In this document: positions 1-10,683 of the stretch, one piece after another
Numbering within the stretch: the stretch's first letter is position 1
Layout: each line of letters starts with the position of its first letter
Assembly (NCBI GenBank): GCA_040003735.1
Contig: JBDUBY010000131.1
Location: 1 to 54,713 of the forward strand
Origin: Parafilimonas sp.
Lineage (GTDB): Bacteria; Bacteroidota; Bacteroidia; Chitinophagales; Chitinophagaceae
DNA length: 54,713 bases
Reading direction: 5' to 3'
Program-made: the position numbers and the translations under genes
The notes under the pieces: generated by a model
Seen by the model: the letters and a program-made list of their open reading frames with translations, nothing else
What the model was told of the DNA's origin: nothing
The model's database searches: none

Positions 1-480
1 ATGTTTATGGAAAGTGAAGTAATGTATGGCGATAAAAGCGAAGTGCCTGAAGAAGAATATTATATTGAACTCGGCAAAGCAGATGTAAAAAAACAAGGTA
101 GTGATGTTACAATCGTTTCTTTCAATAAAATGATGAAGGTTGCTTTAGGCGCTGCTGCAGAACTGGAAAAAGAAAATGTACATGCAGAAGTAATTGACCT
201 TCGCACAATTCGTCCATTAGATTGGATGACCGTTTTAGAAAGCGTAAAGAAAACAAACCGGCTTGTAATTGTTGCTGAAGAATGGCCAATGTGCGGTGTT
301 GCCAGCGAGCTTAGTTACCGCATACAAAAAGAAGGTTTCGATTATTTGGATGCGCCTGTGCTTCGTTTAACGAGCGCCGATGCACCAATGCATTATGCGC
401 CAAATCTTGTTGCAGCATATCTTCCTGATATTCCAAAAACAATAAATCTTGTGAAGGAAGTAATGTATATGAAGAAGTAA
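1..480 (+). CDS. pdhB: Pyruvate dehydrogenase E1 beta subunit, C-terminal part (5' truncated by window edge)
   Basis: Transketolase C-terminal-type motifs EVIDLRTIRPLD, SVKKTNRLVIV and FDYLDAPVLR; ORF runs off the window start. Confidence 0.9.
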   Translation: MFMESEVMYGDKSEVPEEEYYIELGKADVKKQGSDVTIVSFNKMMKVALGAAAELEKENVHAEVIDLRTIRPLDWMTVLESVKKTNRLVIVAEEWPMCGVASELSYRIQKEGFDYLDAPVLRLTSADAPMHYAPNLVAAYLPDIPKTINLVKEVMYMKK

Positions 481-483
481 GTT

Positions 484-510
484 AAAGTCAAAATTTAAAA
501 GTCAAAAAGT
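484..510. repeat. 7-bp-period tandem repeat (AAAGTCA/AAATTTA); roughly inverted partner at 673-702
   Basis: aaagtca aaattta aaagtca aaaagt; partner tttttac tttttac tttttat ttttaa. Confidence 0.5.
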
Positions 511-550
511 ATAACTGTTTCAAACTGCTTTATAACTTTAGCCGGATATT

Positions 551-606
551 TATGATACCGGCTTTTGTATTTTATAGCGTCACGGTTGTGTCACTCACTT
601 GTGCAG
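551..606 (-). repeat. ~55-bp dispersed repeat, copy 1
   Basis: Reverse complement CTGCACAAGTGAGTGACACAACCGTGACGCTATAAAATACAAAAGCCGGTATCAT aligns with copies at 7507, 29492, 46307 and 48811. Confidence 0.85.
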
Positions 607-2705
607 TATATTTTTATGGCATCTTTCGTTTCAATTTAAAACCTCCAAAACATCTCAGTAAGCTTTTTCTGGTTTTTACTTTTTACTTTTTATTTTTTAA
701 TTCTGCTTCTGCCCAAACAGATTCTTCAAAAAATTTTACTGATACAACAACGCTTGAAACAGTTACTGTAACTGCATTCGGCGGTTCATCCAATTGGAAA
801 AATACGCCTGCTGTTGTTGCCATTATCAATAAAAATCAATTGCAACGTTTCGATATTAAAACATTGGTTCCTGTTTTAAATACAGTTGCAGGTGTAAGAA
901 TGGAAGAAAGAAGTCCGGGCAGTTATCGTTTATCAATTCGCGGTAGTTTATTGCGTTCACCTTTTGGTATAAGAAATATAAAAGTGTATTGGAATGATAT
1001 TCCGCTTACTGATGCCGGTGGCAACACTTATTTAAACTTAATTGACGTAAGCCAGCTTTCTTCAATCGAAATAATTAAAGGACCAGCAAGCAGTATGTAT
1101 GGTGCAAATACAGGCGGCGCAGTATTATTAAAATCGGATCCATCAATCATTCAAAAAAACTTTAGCGCAAATATTGAAACAGGTTCTTATAATTTATTGA
1201 ATGAACAAATCAATTATAATCACCAGGCAAAAAATTTCTCTTTCAGCTTACAACAAAGTCATTTGCAGAATGATGGTTATCGCCAGCAAAGCGCTTTAAG
1301 AAAAGATGCAATACAAGGCAATTTAAACTGGAACATCAGCAACAAAGAGCAATTATCAGCTTTATTATTTTATACCAATTTGCATTATGAAACCCCCGGC
1401 GGAATTACCAAACAACAAATGGATTCTTTACCAACTTTAGCAAGGCAACCAACAGCAACTTTGTTAGGCGCTGTTCAGCAAAATGCAGGTGTATATAACA
1501 AAACAGGTTTTGCTGGTTTTAGTTTGCATTCGTCGTTTAATAAACTATGGAGTAATACAACATCAGCAACAGTTAATCATACAGATTTTAAGAATCCATT
1601 TATAACAAATTATGAGCATCGCCGTGAATCAAATTATGGTGCAAGAACTGTGTTCGAAATGAATTGTTTAAAAGTTAAATGGCTTACAGGCGCTGAGTGG
1701 CAACAGAATATTTCGCACATAAATAATAAAGATAACAACGGCGGCACGCCTGGTAATTTACAGTATGATGATGAAGTGCATGTAACGCAATATTTTTTGT
1801 TTACCCAACTTAATATTCAATTTAAAAAACTTACAGTGCAGGCTGGTGTAAGTGCAAATCAGCAATTATTAAAATACAATCGTGTTTCAGATTCCGTATA
1901 TAATTTCTGGCAACATCAAAACACAAATATTTTAACTGCACCAAGATTAAGTTTGTTGTATGCAGTCGGTAAAAATGTTTCATTGTATGGAATTTTATCG
2001 AAAGGATTTTCGCCGCCAACATTGGCAGAAGTTCGTCCATCAACAAACCAGTTTTATAATCTGGAGCCCGAATATGGATGGAATATAGAAGGCGGTTTAA
2101 AAGGAAGTGCGATACAAAATCGTTTTGAGTTTGAAGCTTCTGTTTATTCATTTGATTTAAAACATGCAATCGTTAAGCAGGAAGACAGCACTGGTGCAGA
2201 TTATTTTTTAAATGCAGGCGGCACAAAACAAACAGGTGTTGAAGTTTGGTTCAATGCATATTTAATCAGGAACAATAACAAGTTTATAAAAACTATTGTT
2301 GTTGCAAATAGCTTTGCATATCAACCTTACAAATTCAATAATTATATATCAGGAACAAAAAATTATTCAGGTAATTATTTAACAGGCGTTCCAAAAAAAG
2401 TGAACGTTTCAACGCTTGATGTTTATACAAAACCTGGTATTTATCTTAATGCAAATTTCAACGTCACTTCTTCCATTCCGCTTACAGATGCGAATGATGT
2501 TTATGCAGGCAATTATAAATTACTTCAAATAAAAATCGGCTTTAAACAACATTATAATAAAGCAACATTTGATTTTTATTTTGGTGCTGATAATCTTTTA
2601 AACGAAACCTATAGTTTGGGCAACGATCTAAATGCAGTTGGCGGAAGATATTTTAATCCTGCACCAAAAAGAAATTATTTCGGTGGAGTGAAGCTCGGGC
2701 TTTAA
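552..2705 (+). CDS. TonB-dependent receptor (start uncertain)
   Basis: Signal peptide ending ASA-Q, TonB-box-like LETVTVTA, plug motifs SIRGS and IEIIKGPASSMYGA, barrel end RNYFGGVKLGL. Confidence 0.9.
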   Translation: MIPAFVFYSVTVVSLTCAVYFYGIFRFNLKPPKHLSKLFLVFTFYFLFFNSASAQTDSSKNFTDTTTLETVTVTAFGGSSNWKNTPAVVAIINKNQLQRFDIKTLVPVLNTVAGVRMEERSPGSYRLSIRGSLLRSPFGIRNIKVYWNDIPLTDAGGNTYLNLIDVSQLSSIEIIKGPASSMYGANTGGAVLLKSDPSIIQKNFSANIETGSYNLLNEQINYNHQAKNFSFSLQQSHLQNDGYRQQSALRKDAIQGNLNWNISNKEQLSALLFYTNLHYETPGGITKQQMDSLPTLARQPTATLLGAVQQNAGVYNKTGFAGFSLHSSFNKLWSNTTSATVNHTDFKNPFITNYEHRRESNYGARTVFEMNCLKVKWLTGAEWQQNISHINNKDNNGGTPGNLQYDDEVHVTQYFLFTQLNIQFKKLTVQAGVSANQQLLKYNRVSDSVYNFWQHQNTNILTAPRLSLLYAVGKNVSLYGILSKGFSPPTLAEVRPSTNQFYNLEPEYGWNIEGGLKGSAIQNRFEFEASVYSFDLKHAIVKQEDSTGADYFLNAGGTKQTGVEVWFNAYLIRNNNKFIKTIVVANSFAYQPYKFNNYISGTKNYSGNYLTGVPKKVNVSTLDVYTKPGIYLNANFNVTSSIPLTDANDVYAGNYKLLQIKIGFKQHYNKATFDFYFGADNLLNETYSLGNDLNAVGGRYFNPAPKRNYFGGVKLGL

Positions 2706-2723
2706 ATATCAAGAATAAAATAA

Positions 2724-2966
2724 TCACTTCACCAAAACCGCAATTAATACGCTTCCAATCGCTGCAATTAAACCACTGTCGATATGATTATCAGATGTCC
2801 AGTGACCATCTGTTTCTACGATTGTGCCGTTGTATTCGTCGTCTAAAAAAATATCAAATGCCGGGTTGGCTGAGGAATTTTTTTCTGATGAAGCAGGAAT
2901 TGCTTCGCCCTCATAATGTTTGTTTCCATAATCAAAGTTTAGCGCGAGGCCTTGATTAGTATCCAT
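2724..2966 (-). CDS. Small hypothetical protein
   Basis: 80-aa ORF from ATG 2966 (MDTNQ...) filling the gap between two genes. Confidence 0.55.
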   Translation of the reverse strand: MDTNQGLALNFDYGNKHYEGEAIPASSEKNSSANPAFDIFLDDEYNGTIVETDGHWTSDNHIDSGLIAAIGSVLIAVLVK

Positions 2967-3051
2967 AGTATGTGTTTGTGATTTACGCAAAGTCGCACAA
3001 AATTGTTTAACCAGCAATATTTTATTATTTTTTAATATTATAAAGTGATGA

Positions 3052-3900
3052 TCAATTTAAACTACTGTCGTTAAAAGTATCTCCCTGGTTTATATCTCCG
3101 GTTGTATAACCTTTCTTAAACCAATACATTCTTTGTGCTGAAGTTCCGTGTGTAAATGCATCGGGAACAACACGCCCTTGTGTTTCCTGTTGCAAACGAT
3201 CATCGCCAACAGCATTTGCTGCACTTAGTGCTTCATCTACATCGCCGGCATCTAAAACGTGTTTCATTTTTTGATCGTAGTGCGCCCAAACACCGGCAAA
3301 AAAATCTGCCTGCAGTTCAAGCTTTACACTTAATTTATTGTATTCTGATTCGCTTACCTGCGAACGCATCTGGTCCATTTTATCGGAAATGCCTAAAAGG
3401 TTTTGCACATGATGACCAACTTCATGCGCAACAACATAAGCCATTGCAAAATCTCCGTTTGATGCGCCAAAGCGAGAGGTTAATTCGTTGAAAAAAGAAA
3501 GATCTATATACACTTTTTCATCTGTGGGACAATAGAACGGCCCTGTTGCTGCACTTGCATAACCACAACCAGCCTGTACTTCACCACTATACAAAACCAG
3601 CTTGGGATCGGTGTAATGTTTATTCATGCTGTTGAACAAAGAATCCCAAATATCTTCTGTATCTGCAAGCACAACGCCCACATAATCTTTCAATGTATCA
3701 TTAGCATTATTATCAACGTAACTATTTTTTGTTGATTGGTCTTGCGGAGCTTGTTGCAAAACCTGGCTTGGATCGCCGCCTAAAAAATAAACTATGGCTG
3801 CAATAATAAGGCCTCCAATTCCACCAAAAGCAACATGCCCGCCGGTAATTCCGCGCCTGTCTTCTATGTTACCACTTTCTCTGCGGCCTCTCCATTGCAT
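3052..3900 (-). CDS. ypfJ: YpfJ-like neutral zinc metallopeptidase
   Basis: MQWRGRRESGNIEDRR start, GPFYCP, AHEVGHHVQ zinc motif, ELQAD, FTHGTSAQR. Confidence 0.9.
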   Translation of the reverse strand: MQWRGRRESGNIEDRRGITGGHVAFGGIGGLIIAAIVYFLGGDPSQVLQQAPQDQSTKNSYVDNNANDTLKDYVGVVLADTEDIWDSLFNSMNKHYTDPKLVLYSGEVQAGCGYASAATGPFYCPTDEKVYIDLSFFNELTSRFGASNGDFAMAYVVAHEVGHHVQNLLGISDKMDQMRSQVSESEYNKLSVKLELQADFFAGVWAHYDQKMKHVLDAGDVDEALSAANAVGDDRLQQETQGRVVPDAFTHGTSAQRMYWFKKGYTTGDINQGDTFNDSSLN

Positions 3901-4011
3901 AATTTATATTTATTGCAGAATACTAGCAAATTCATTACCAAAAATTTGAATGATGCATTAAACAGATGATGAAAATAAATTAAATTGCATTTATAATAGC
4001 ATTTGAACAGA

Positions 4012-4212
4012 ATGGAAAATACTGAATCATCTTTTGAAAGCACAAATCTTGTTCCGGGGCCTGCAAAGCAATACATTGGCTTTATTGATAAGTCTGAAAA
4101 TGATAAGTTGAGGGAAAACATGTTTCGATCTCCACTTGAAAAATTGCATTTATTTACACAAATGCTTCGTCGTGAATCAGTTTTAAAGAACTCCAAAATC
4201 ATTAAGCCATAA
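4012..4212 (+). CDS. Small hypothetical protein directly upstream of a nucleotidyltransferase
   Basis: 66-aa ORF ending 6 nt before the next start; C-terminal RSPLEKLHLFTQMLRR. Confidence 0.55.
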   Translation: MENTESSFESTNLVPGPAKQYIGFIDKSENDKLRENMFRSPLEKLHLFTQMLRRESVLKNSKIIKP

Positions 4213-4218
4213 ATTTCA

Positions 4219-4718
4219 TTGATGGATGTTTCTGATGAAGAATTACTGCGCTTTTGGCAAATACTTAATGCAAATAATGTTCACTATATAATGGTTGGTG
4301 GGCTCGCCACCATGTTTTATGGCTATAACAGGAATACTGATGATTTGGATATGTGGCTTGAGGATAATTTGCAAAACAGGAAAAATTTAAGAGCAGCATT
4401 TATTCAACTTAGTTATGGAGATTTTGCTTCAATCGAAACAATGCAGTTTGTTCCCGGATGGACAAGCTTTTATGCGGCGGGGATTGAACTCGATATTATG
4501 ACTTCTATGAAGGACTTGAAAACATATCTTTTAATGAATGTTACAGAATTGCTTTGTTTGCAGATCTGGATGGAATTAGAGTTCCCTTTCTTCATATCAA
4601 TCATCTTATTCAAAACAAAAAAGCAGTTAACAGGCCAAAAGATCAGGTTGATGTGATCTATCTTGAAAAAATCAAGCAAATACTTGAAGAGGAAGTCAAA
4701 AAAAATCATTATAAATAA
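4219..4718 (+). pseudogene. Nucleotidyltransferase (Pol-beta/MNT-like, DUF6036-type) with a 1-nt frameshift near 4510-4512
   Basis: N-terminal VGG..A..YG..R.T.DLD motif; a -1 shift after TSMK reads GLENISFNECY...VPFLHINHLIQNKKAVNRPKDQVDVIYLEKIK to TAA at 4716-4718. Confidence 0.75.
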
Positions 4719-4779
4719 ACCAATTTTTAATCTCTTTCTTTCTTTTCCAATATCGTTTCATTATTTAGTTTCCTCCCTG

Positions 4780-4787
4780 TATATTTG
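4780..4787 (+). promoter_or_regulatory. Bacteroidota -7 promoter box for the atp operon
   Basis: TATATTTG matches TAnnTTTG, 21 nt upstream of the atpB ATG. Confidence 0.55.
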
Positions 4788-4808
4788 CGCAAAATTTAAG
4801 CGAGGCAT

Positions 4809-5987
4809 ATGGCATTTAGAAGCGTAAAATCTTTACTGGCAGCGGGTTTCAGCGTTTTCTTCTTACTTTTTACTTTTTCTGTTTTTGCACAAGGTCAATT
4901 GCCTGAAACAGAAAGCAGCACAAAAAAAGAAGAGAAAAAAGGTTTTGATGCCAATGAAGTAATTTTTGGCCACGTTTTAGATGCACATGAGTTTCATTTT
5001 TTTTCTTTTGAAAGCAGTGACGGAACAGAACACGAAGCTTCTATACCACTACCTGTAATTCTTTATTCTCAGCAAAAAGGGTTTTCTGCTTTTTTGTTTT
5101 CAAAATTTAATCGTGGCGAGCAAACTTATAAGGGTTATGAAGTAATAACAAATAAGAAGATTGAAGCGCTTCACCTGGATGATGCAGTTTATCATGACGG
5201 GCAAATTGTAGCAGTTGATGATAACGGGCAAATAGATACCAATGTAAAGGTTTATGATCTTTCTCTTACCCGTAACGTAGCTCAGATGATCATTGCACTT
5301 ATTTTATTGGTTTGGGTTATGCTTGCTGTTGCCAAAAAATATAAAAGCGGCCAGGGAATTACTTCTGCTCCCAAGGGTATGCAAAGTTTACTTGAACCTG
5401 TAATTATTTTTTTAATTGATGAAGTAGCTAAGCCAAATCTTGGTAAAAAATATCAAAAATATTTACCCTATATCATTACAGTTTTCTTTTTCATTTTGAT
5501 TAATACACTTGTTGGTATGGTTCCGGGTACAGCTAATGTTACAGGCAACATTGCTTTTACTTTTGTGCTTGCATTAATTTCATTTGTTTTTATAATGTTT
5601 AGCACCAATAAATATTATTGGAAGCACATTATAAATCCGCCGGTGCCAGTAGGGATTAAGCCTATTTTAATAATTGTGGAAATCCTGGGAATCTTTACCA
5701 AGCCCTTTGCATTGTGTATTCGTTTGTTTGCAAACATGATCGCAGGGCATATCATTATTATTTGTCTTATTTCTTTGATATTTATTTTTGGCGCCCTTAG
5801 TTCAAGTGTGGGATGGGCGTTTTCTCCGCTGTCTGTAGCCTTTGTAATATTTATTTATTTTATTGAAATATTAGTTGCTTTTTTGCAGGCCTATATATTC
5901 GCCAATTTAACGGCTGTGTTTATAGGGCAGGCATTTGAAGGTGGTCATGATGATGCAGATCATCATGAAGACATTGCAATCGTTTAA
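4809..5987 (+). CDS. atpB: ATP synthase F0 subunit a
   Basis: IRLFANMIAGH and AFLQAYIF motifs; Bacteroidota-type N-terminal extension. Confidence 0.95.
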   Translation: MAFRSVKSLLAAGFSVFFLLFTFSVFAQGQLPETESSTKKEEKKGFDANEVIFGHVLDAHEFHFFSFESSDGTEHEASIPLPVILYSQQKGFSAFLFSKFNRGEQTYKGYEVITNKKIEALHLDDAVYHDGQIVAVDDNGQIDTNVKVYDLSLTRNVAQMIIALILLVWVMLAVAKKYKSGQGITSAPKGMQSLLEPVIIFLIDEVAKPNLGKKYQKYLPYIITVFFFILINTLVGMVPGTANVTGNIAFTFVLALISFVFIMFSTNKYYWKHIINPPVPVGIKPILIIVEILGIFTKPFALCIRLFANMIAGHIIIICLISLIFIFGALSSSVGWAFSPLSVAFVIFIYFIEILVAFLQAYIFANLTAVFIGQAFEGGHDDADHHEDIAIV

Positions 5988-6266
<279 letters not shown>

Positions 6267-6345
6267 TCAGGAACACCTAATTCGATAAACCATTTAGAAG
6301 TTCTGAATTTAATTGCTCTCAGTGTGAGGGCTGGAGGATTTAAAT

Positions 6346-6840
6346 ATGCAATTACTTACACCTGCTTTGGGTTTGATAATATGGACGCTGCTGGCGTTTC
6401 TTGTAGTATTTTTCATTCTTAAAAAATACGCATGGCCTTCTATTTTAGGCGGCTTAAAAAAACGCGAAGAAACCATAGCGGAAGCTTTAGCATCAGCAGA
6501 AAGAATTAAGGCAGAAATGTCCGAGATGAAAAGTGAGAATGAGTCTTTACTGGCGCAGGCACGTGAAGAAAGAGCCGGTATGCTGAAAGATGCAAAAAGC
6601 ACTGCTGATAAAATGGTTTCTGATGCAAAAGAAAAAGCAAAAACGGAATATGATAAAATTCTTGCTGATGCACAGTCTGCTATTCAACTTCAAAAAAATG
6701 CTGTACTAACTGATTTAAAAAACCAGGTTGGCGCTTTGGTTATTGAAGTTGCAGAAAAAGTTTTGCGGAAAGAATTGAATGATAAAACAAAACAGGAAGA
6801 TTATATCAGGCAATTGTCTGAAGAAGTAACATTGAATTAG
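6346..6840 (+). CDS. atpF: ATP synthase F0 subunit b
   Basis: N-terminal TM helix (KKYAWP) followed by coiled coil; operon position. Confidence 0.95.
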   Translation: MQLLTPALGLIIWTLLAFLVVFFILKKYAWPSILGGLKKREETIAEALASAERIKAEMSEMKSENESLLAQAREERAGMLKDAKSTADKMVSDAKEKAKTEYDKILADAQSAIQLQKNAVLTDLKNQVGALVIEVAEKVLRKELNDKTKQEDYIRQLSEEVTLN

Positions 6841-6856
6841 CCAATTCGAATTAAAT

Positions 6857-7423
6857 ATGCCAAATCCGCGTTTAGCTTCACGATATGCAAAAAGTTTAAT
6901 TGATCTTTCTATTGAAAGAAATCAGTTGGAAGTTGTATATAATGATATGCAGTTTTTAAAGCAGGTTTGTAAAAGCAGCCCTGATTTCGTTAACCTGTTG
7001 CGCAGCCCTATTATACGTGCTGATAAAAAGCAAGCAATTATTGATGCCATAACAAAAGATAAAACTTCTGCTTTAACGGATGCGTTTATGAAATTGCTGA
7101 TTGCAAAAGGCCGTGAAGACGATATGCCGGAAATTGTAACTGCGTTTATTACTCAATACAACGCAATAAAAGGCATTCACAAAGTAAGGCTTACAACAGC
7201 AAGCGCAATTAGTGATGATCTTAAGAATGCAATTGTTTCTAAAGTAAAAAAAGAAGCAAATCTTGAGAACGTAGAACTTGATGTAAGAATTGATGAGAAA
7301 CTTATAGGTGGTTTTGTTTTGGAATTTAATAATAATCTTGTTGATGCATCTGTTTTGCGTGATCTAAAAGATATAAGCAAACAGTTTAAAGAGAGAAATG
7401 TATTTGTGAGGAATATAAGATAA
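6857..7423 (+). CDS. atpH: ATP synthase F1 subunit delta
   Basis: ASRYAKSL, LIGGFVL, VDASV. Confidence 0.95.
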   Translation: MPNPRLASRYAKSLIDLSIERNQLEVVYNDMQFLKQVCKSSPDFVNLLRSPIIRADKKQAIIDAITKDKTSALTDAFMKLLIAKGREDDMPEIVTAFITQYNAIKGIHKVRLTTASAISDDLKNAIVSKVKKEANLENVELDVRIDEKLIGGFVLEFNNNLVDASVLRDLKDISKQFKERNVFVRNIR

Positions 7424-7506
7424 TATATATCCGCGTTTTGCATTGATTGAAATGATTCGAAGACTACAGATGAAATTTGAGTTTGAAGCTGAATAAAGAA
7501 TAAAAA

Positions 7507-7562
7507 GTATAAGTGAGTGACACAACCGTGATGCCACAAAGTACAAAAGCCGGTAACATAAA
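7507..7562 (+). repeat. ~55-bp dispersed repeat, copy 2 (between atpH and atpA)
   Basis: GTATAAGTGAGTGACACAACCGTGATGCCACAAAGTACAAAAGCCGGTAACATAA. Confidence 0.85.
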
Positions 7563-7587
7563 TTTGTAACGAATAATAAGTAATAAT

Positions 7588-9168
7588 ATGGTTGAAATAA
7601 AACCCGATGAAATATCAGCGATACTAAGGCAACAGCTCAGCAATTTTAATGCTGCTGCTGACCTTGAAGAAGTTGGTACGGTATTGCAGATAGGCGATGG
7701 CATTGCGCGTATTTATGGTTTGAATAATGTGCGCAGCGGTGAATTGGTTGAGTTTGAAAATGGCGTAAAAGCAATAGCATTAAACCTTGAAGAAGATAAT
7801 GTTGGTGTTGTATTGATGGGTGAATCTGGTGATATAAGCGAAGGTGCTAAAGTAAAACGTACCGGCCAGATCGCTTCTATTAAAGTGGGTGAGGGTTTAG
7901 TTGGCCGCGTAATAAATACTTTGGGTGAACCTATTGATGGTAAAGGACCAATTACGGGCGAACTTTTTGAAATGCCGTTGGAGCGTAAAGCACCGGGCGT
8001 TATTTATCGTGAACCGGTAAAGGAACCTTTACAAACAGGTATCAAAGCTATTGATGCAATGATTCCTATTGGCCGCGGACAACGTGAGCTGGTAATTGGT
8101 GATCGTCAAACCGGTAAATCTGCAATATGTATTGATACTATCATCAATCAAAAAGAATTTTACGAAGCAGGCAAGCCTGTTTATTGTATATATGTGGCAA
8201 TAGGCCAGAAAGCATCAACCATTGCAGGTGTTATGAAAACGCTGGAAGATAATGGCGCTTTGGTTTACACAACAATTGTTGCAGCTTCTGCAAGTGATCC
8301 TGCACCGCAACAGTTCTATGCTCCATTTGCGGGTGCTGCTATCGGGGAATTTTTCCGTGATACCGGCAGGCCTGCATTAATTATTTATGATGATCTTTCT
8401 AAACAGGCAGTTGCTTACCGGGAAGTATCGTTATTATTAAGAAGACCTCCTGGTCGTGAAGCATATCCAGGTGATGTATTCTATCTGCATAGTCGTTTGC
8501 TTGAGCGTGCTGCAAAAGTTATTAGTAATGATAAAGTAGCCAGCGAAATGAATGACTTGCCGGATAACATCAGGCATCTTGTAAAAGGCGGCGGCTCGTT
8601 AACAGCATTGCCAATTATTGAAACACAGGCTGGTGATGTGTCTGCATATATTCCAACCAATGTAATTTCAATTACCGATGGACAAATATTCCTTGAGGGC
8701 AACTTATTCAACGCAGGTATTCGCCCTGCAATTAATGTTGGTATTTCTGTAAGTCGTGTTGGTGGTAATGCTCAAATTAAATCAATGAAAAAAGTTGCTG
8801 GTACATTAAAACTTGACCAGGCTCAATATCGTGAACTGGAAGCATTCTCAAAGTTTGGTGGAGATCTGGATCCGGCAACAAAACTAATAATTGACAAAGG
8901 CGCAAGAAATGTTGAAATATTAAAGCAGCCGCAGTATTCACCAATGTCTGTAGAAAAGCAGGTAGCGATTATTTACCTTGGAACGCAAGGTTTATTACAA
9001 AGTGTTGCTGTAAAAAATATGATAGCATTCCAGGATCATTTTTTAATGGAAATGGAAAACAAATTGCCTAATGTTTTAGCAGAATTTAAAAAAGGTAATT
9101 TACCGGAAGACGGCTTGAAACAAATGGTTGATCTTGCTAAAGGATTAATGCCGCAGTATAACAAATAA
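7588..9168 (+). CDS. atpA: ATP synthase F1 subunit alpha
   Basis: GDRQTGKS P-loop, [22 protein letters not shown]. Confidence 0.98.
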   Translation: MVEIKPDEISAILRQQLSNFNAAADLEEVGTVLQIGDGIARIYGLNNVRSGELVEFENGVKAIALNLEEDNVGVVLMGESGDISEGAKVKRTGQIASIKVGEGLVGRVINTLGEPIDGKGPITGELFEMPLERKAPGVIYREPVKEPLQTGIKAIDAMIPIGRGQRELVIGDRQTGKSAICIDTIINQKEFYEAGKPVYCIYVAIGQKASTIAGVMKTLEDNGALVYTTIVAASASDPAPQQFYAPFAGAAIGEFFRDTGRPALIIYDDLSKQAVAYREVSLLLRRPPGREAYPGDVFYLHSRLLERAAKVISNDKVASEMNDLPDNIRHLVKGGGSLTALPIIETQAGDVSAYIPTNVISITDGQIFLEGNLFNAGIRPAINVGISVSRVGGNAQIKSMKKVAGTLKLDQAQYRELEAFSKFGGDLDPATKLIIDKGARNVEILKQPQYSPMSVEKQVAIIYLGTQGLLQSVAVKNMIAFQDHFLMEMENKLPNVLAEFKKGNLPEDGLKQMVDLAKGLMPQYNK

Positions 9169-9185
9169 GATTTTTACCAGTTTAA

Positions 9186-9231
9186 TTAAATTAATAAAGG
9201 CTGCTCATAAGAACAGCCTTTATTAATTTAA
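9186..9231. terminator. Bidirectional intrinsic terminator after atpA
   Basis: Perfect 18-bp inverted repeat ttaaattaataaaggctg / cagcctttattaatttaa between convergent genes. Confidence 0.8.
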
Positions 9232-9281
9232 AATATTGTTTAATAATAATTATCCGATAACTTTTTCTTCAACGGTTTAAT

Positions 9282-9689
9282 TTAATTTTTTACCGGCGCC
9301 TGATTTAAATTATTTAGTTTATCAATTGTAAGAGGTTTAGATATAAACCCATTAACGACCTTATAAGTTTTTGACTTCTCAATATCCTGTGGATTAATGG
9401 AAGAGCTAAATATAAATAATTTGCACTTACTCAGCACTGCTTCAGGAAATTTTTGAAACTCTTCAATAAATTGCCATCCATTCATATAAGGCATTTGAAT
9501 GTCTAATAAAATAAGGTCTGGAAATTCCGGTGAATCTGTAAGCACCAGTTGCTTTAATTCATCAAGTGCAATATTTGCGTAATTAAATACTTTTAAATTT
9601 TCTGTAATCATGTAATTCTTTATAAGTCTTGTATCAAGAAAATTACTGGTGGTATCATCATCTATTAAAAAAAGATTATTGAATTTCAT
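9282..9689 (-). CDS. Single-domain response regulator (receiver only)
   Basis: LIDDD, LILLDIQMPYMNGW, SSS and FISKPL. Confidence 0.9.
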   Translation of the reverse strand: MKFNNLFLIDDDTTSNFLDTRLIKNYMITENLKVFNYANIALDELKQLVLTDSPEFPDLILLDIQMPYMNGWQFIEEFQKFPEAVLSKCKLFIFSSSINPQDIEKSKTYKVVNGFISKPLTIDKLNNLNQAPVKN

Positions 9690-9885
9690 TGCACTTATTT
9701 TATTTAAGAAGATATACTAAAGATATGCAAAAGCAATGTGCTGTTTTAATAAATCCAGTTCAATCTTAAATTCATCAAACAATAAAATGAATATATTTTG
9801 TTGTCACAACAGCGCTGAAAATATCATGGCTGTTTGTTTTAAGATGTCTGATGGTTTAAACATATATTATCTTGCATATACATTT

Positions 9886-10683
9886 ATGGCAAAAGCAAAA
9901 CAATCAAAAAAATATAAACCAGTAATTCTTATAACAAATGATGATGGTATTACTGCGCCCGGAATTAAAGCATTGGTTGAAGCTGTAAAAGATCTTGGAA
10001 AAGTTATTGTTGTTGCACCTGATAAACCTCAAAGCGGAATGGGCCATGCCATCACAATTGGTCATCCATTGCGTATGACGGCAGCACATGTATTTGGTGA
10101 TGTTGAAGCGTATCAATGCAGCGGTACACCCGTTGATTGTGTTAAGCTTGCTGTAGATAAAGTATTGCATCGCAAACCGGATATTTGTTTAAGCGGGATA
10201 AATCACGGCGCAAATCATTCAATCAATGTAATTTATTCAGGCACTATGAGCGCTGCGCTGGAAGCATCAATCGAAAGCATTCCAAGCATTGGTTTTTCAT
10301 TGCTTGATTATAGTATTGAAGCGGATTTTAGCGGTGCTTCTTATTATGCAAACCTTCTGGTAAAACAATTACTCGGGAAAAAAATTGATAAACATCTTTG
10401 TTTGAATGTAAATATTCCAGCTGCTGCAAAAGAATTATTGAAAGGTTTAAAAGTTTGCAGGCAGGCTTATGCAAAATATGAAGAGCGTTTTGATGAAAGG
10501 AACGATCCATCGGGCAAAAAATATTATTGGTTAACCGGCGAATTTCAGAATTTTGATAAAGGAAAAGATACAGATGTGTGGGCGCTTGAAAATAATTTTA
10601 TAAGTGTTGTTCCTGTTCAGTTTGATCTTACCAATTACAAGTTGAAAATAAAATTGCAGAAAGTTTTAACGCACAAAAATTGA
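9886..10683 (+). CDS. surE: 5'/3'-nucleotidase SurE
   Basis: ILITNDDG, GTPVDCV, SGINHGAN, YSGT; start placed at MAKAK (9886). Confidence 0.95.
   Translation: MAKAKQSKKYKPVILITNDDGITAPGIKALVEAVKDLGKVIVVAPDKPQSGMGHAITIGHPLRMTAAHVFGDVEAYQCSGTPVDCVKLAVDKVLHRKPDICLSGINHGANHSINVIYSGTMSAALEASIESIPSIGFSLLDYSIEADFSGASYYANLLVKQLLGKKIDKHLCLNVNIPAAAKELLKGLKVCRQAYAKYEERFDERNDPSGKKYYWLTGEFQNFDKGKDTDVWALENNFISVVPVQFDLTNYKLKIKLQKVLTHKN

Noticed and set aside
4809-5270. Long signal-peptide-like N-terminal extension of AtpB
   Set aside because: Typical of Bacteroidota subunit a, not novel
9736-9885. N-terminal ORF extensions in the track (surE; similarly 25870-25974 and 20142-20252)
   Set aside because: They run through promoter or divergent-gene regions; family homology begins at the downstream Met
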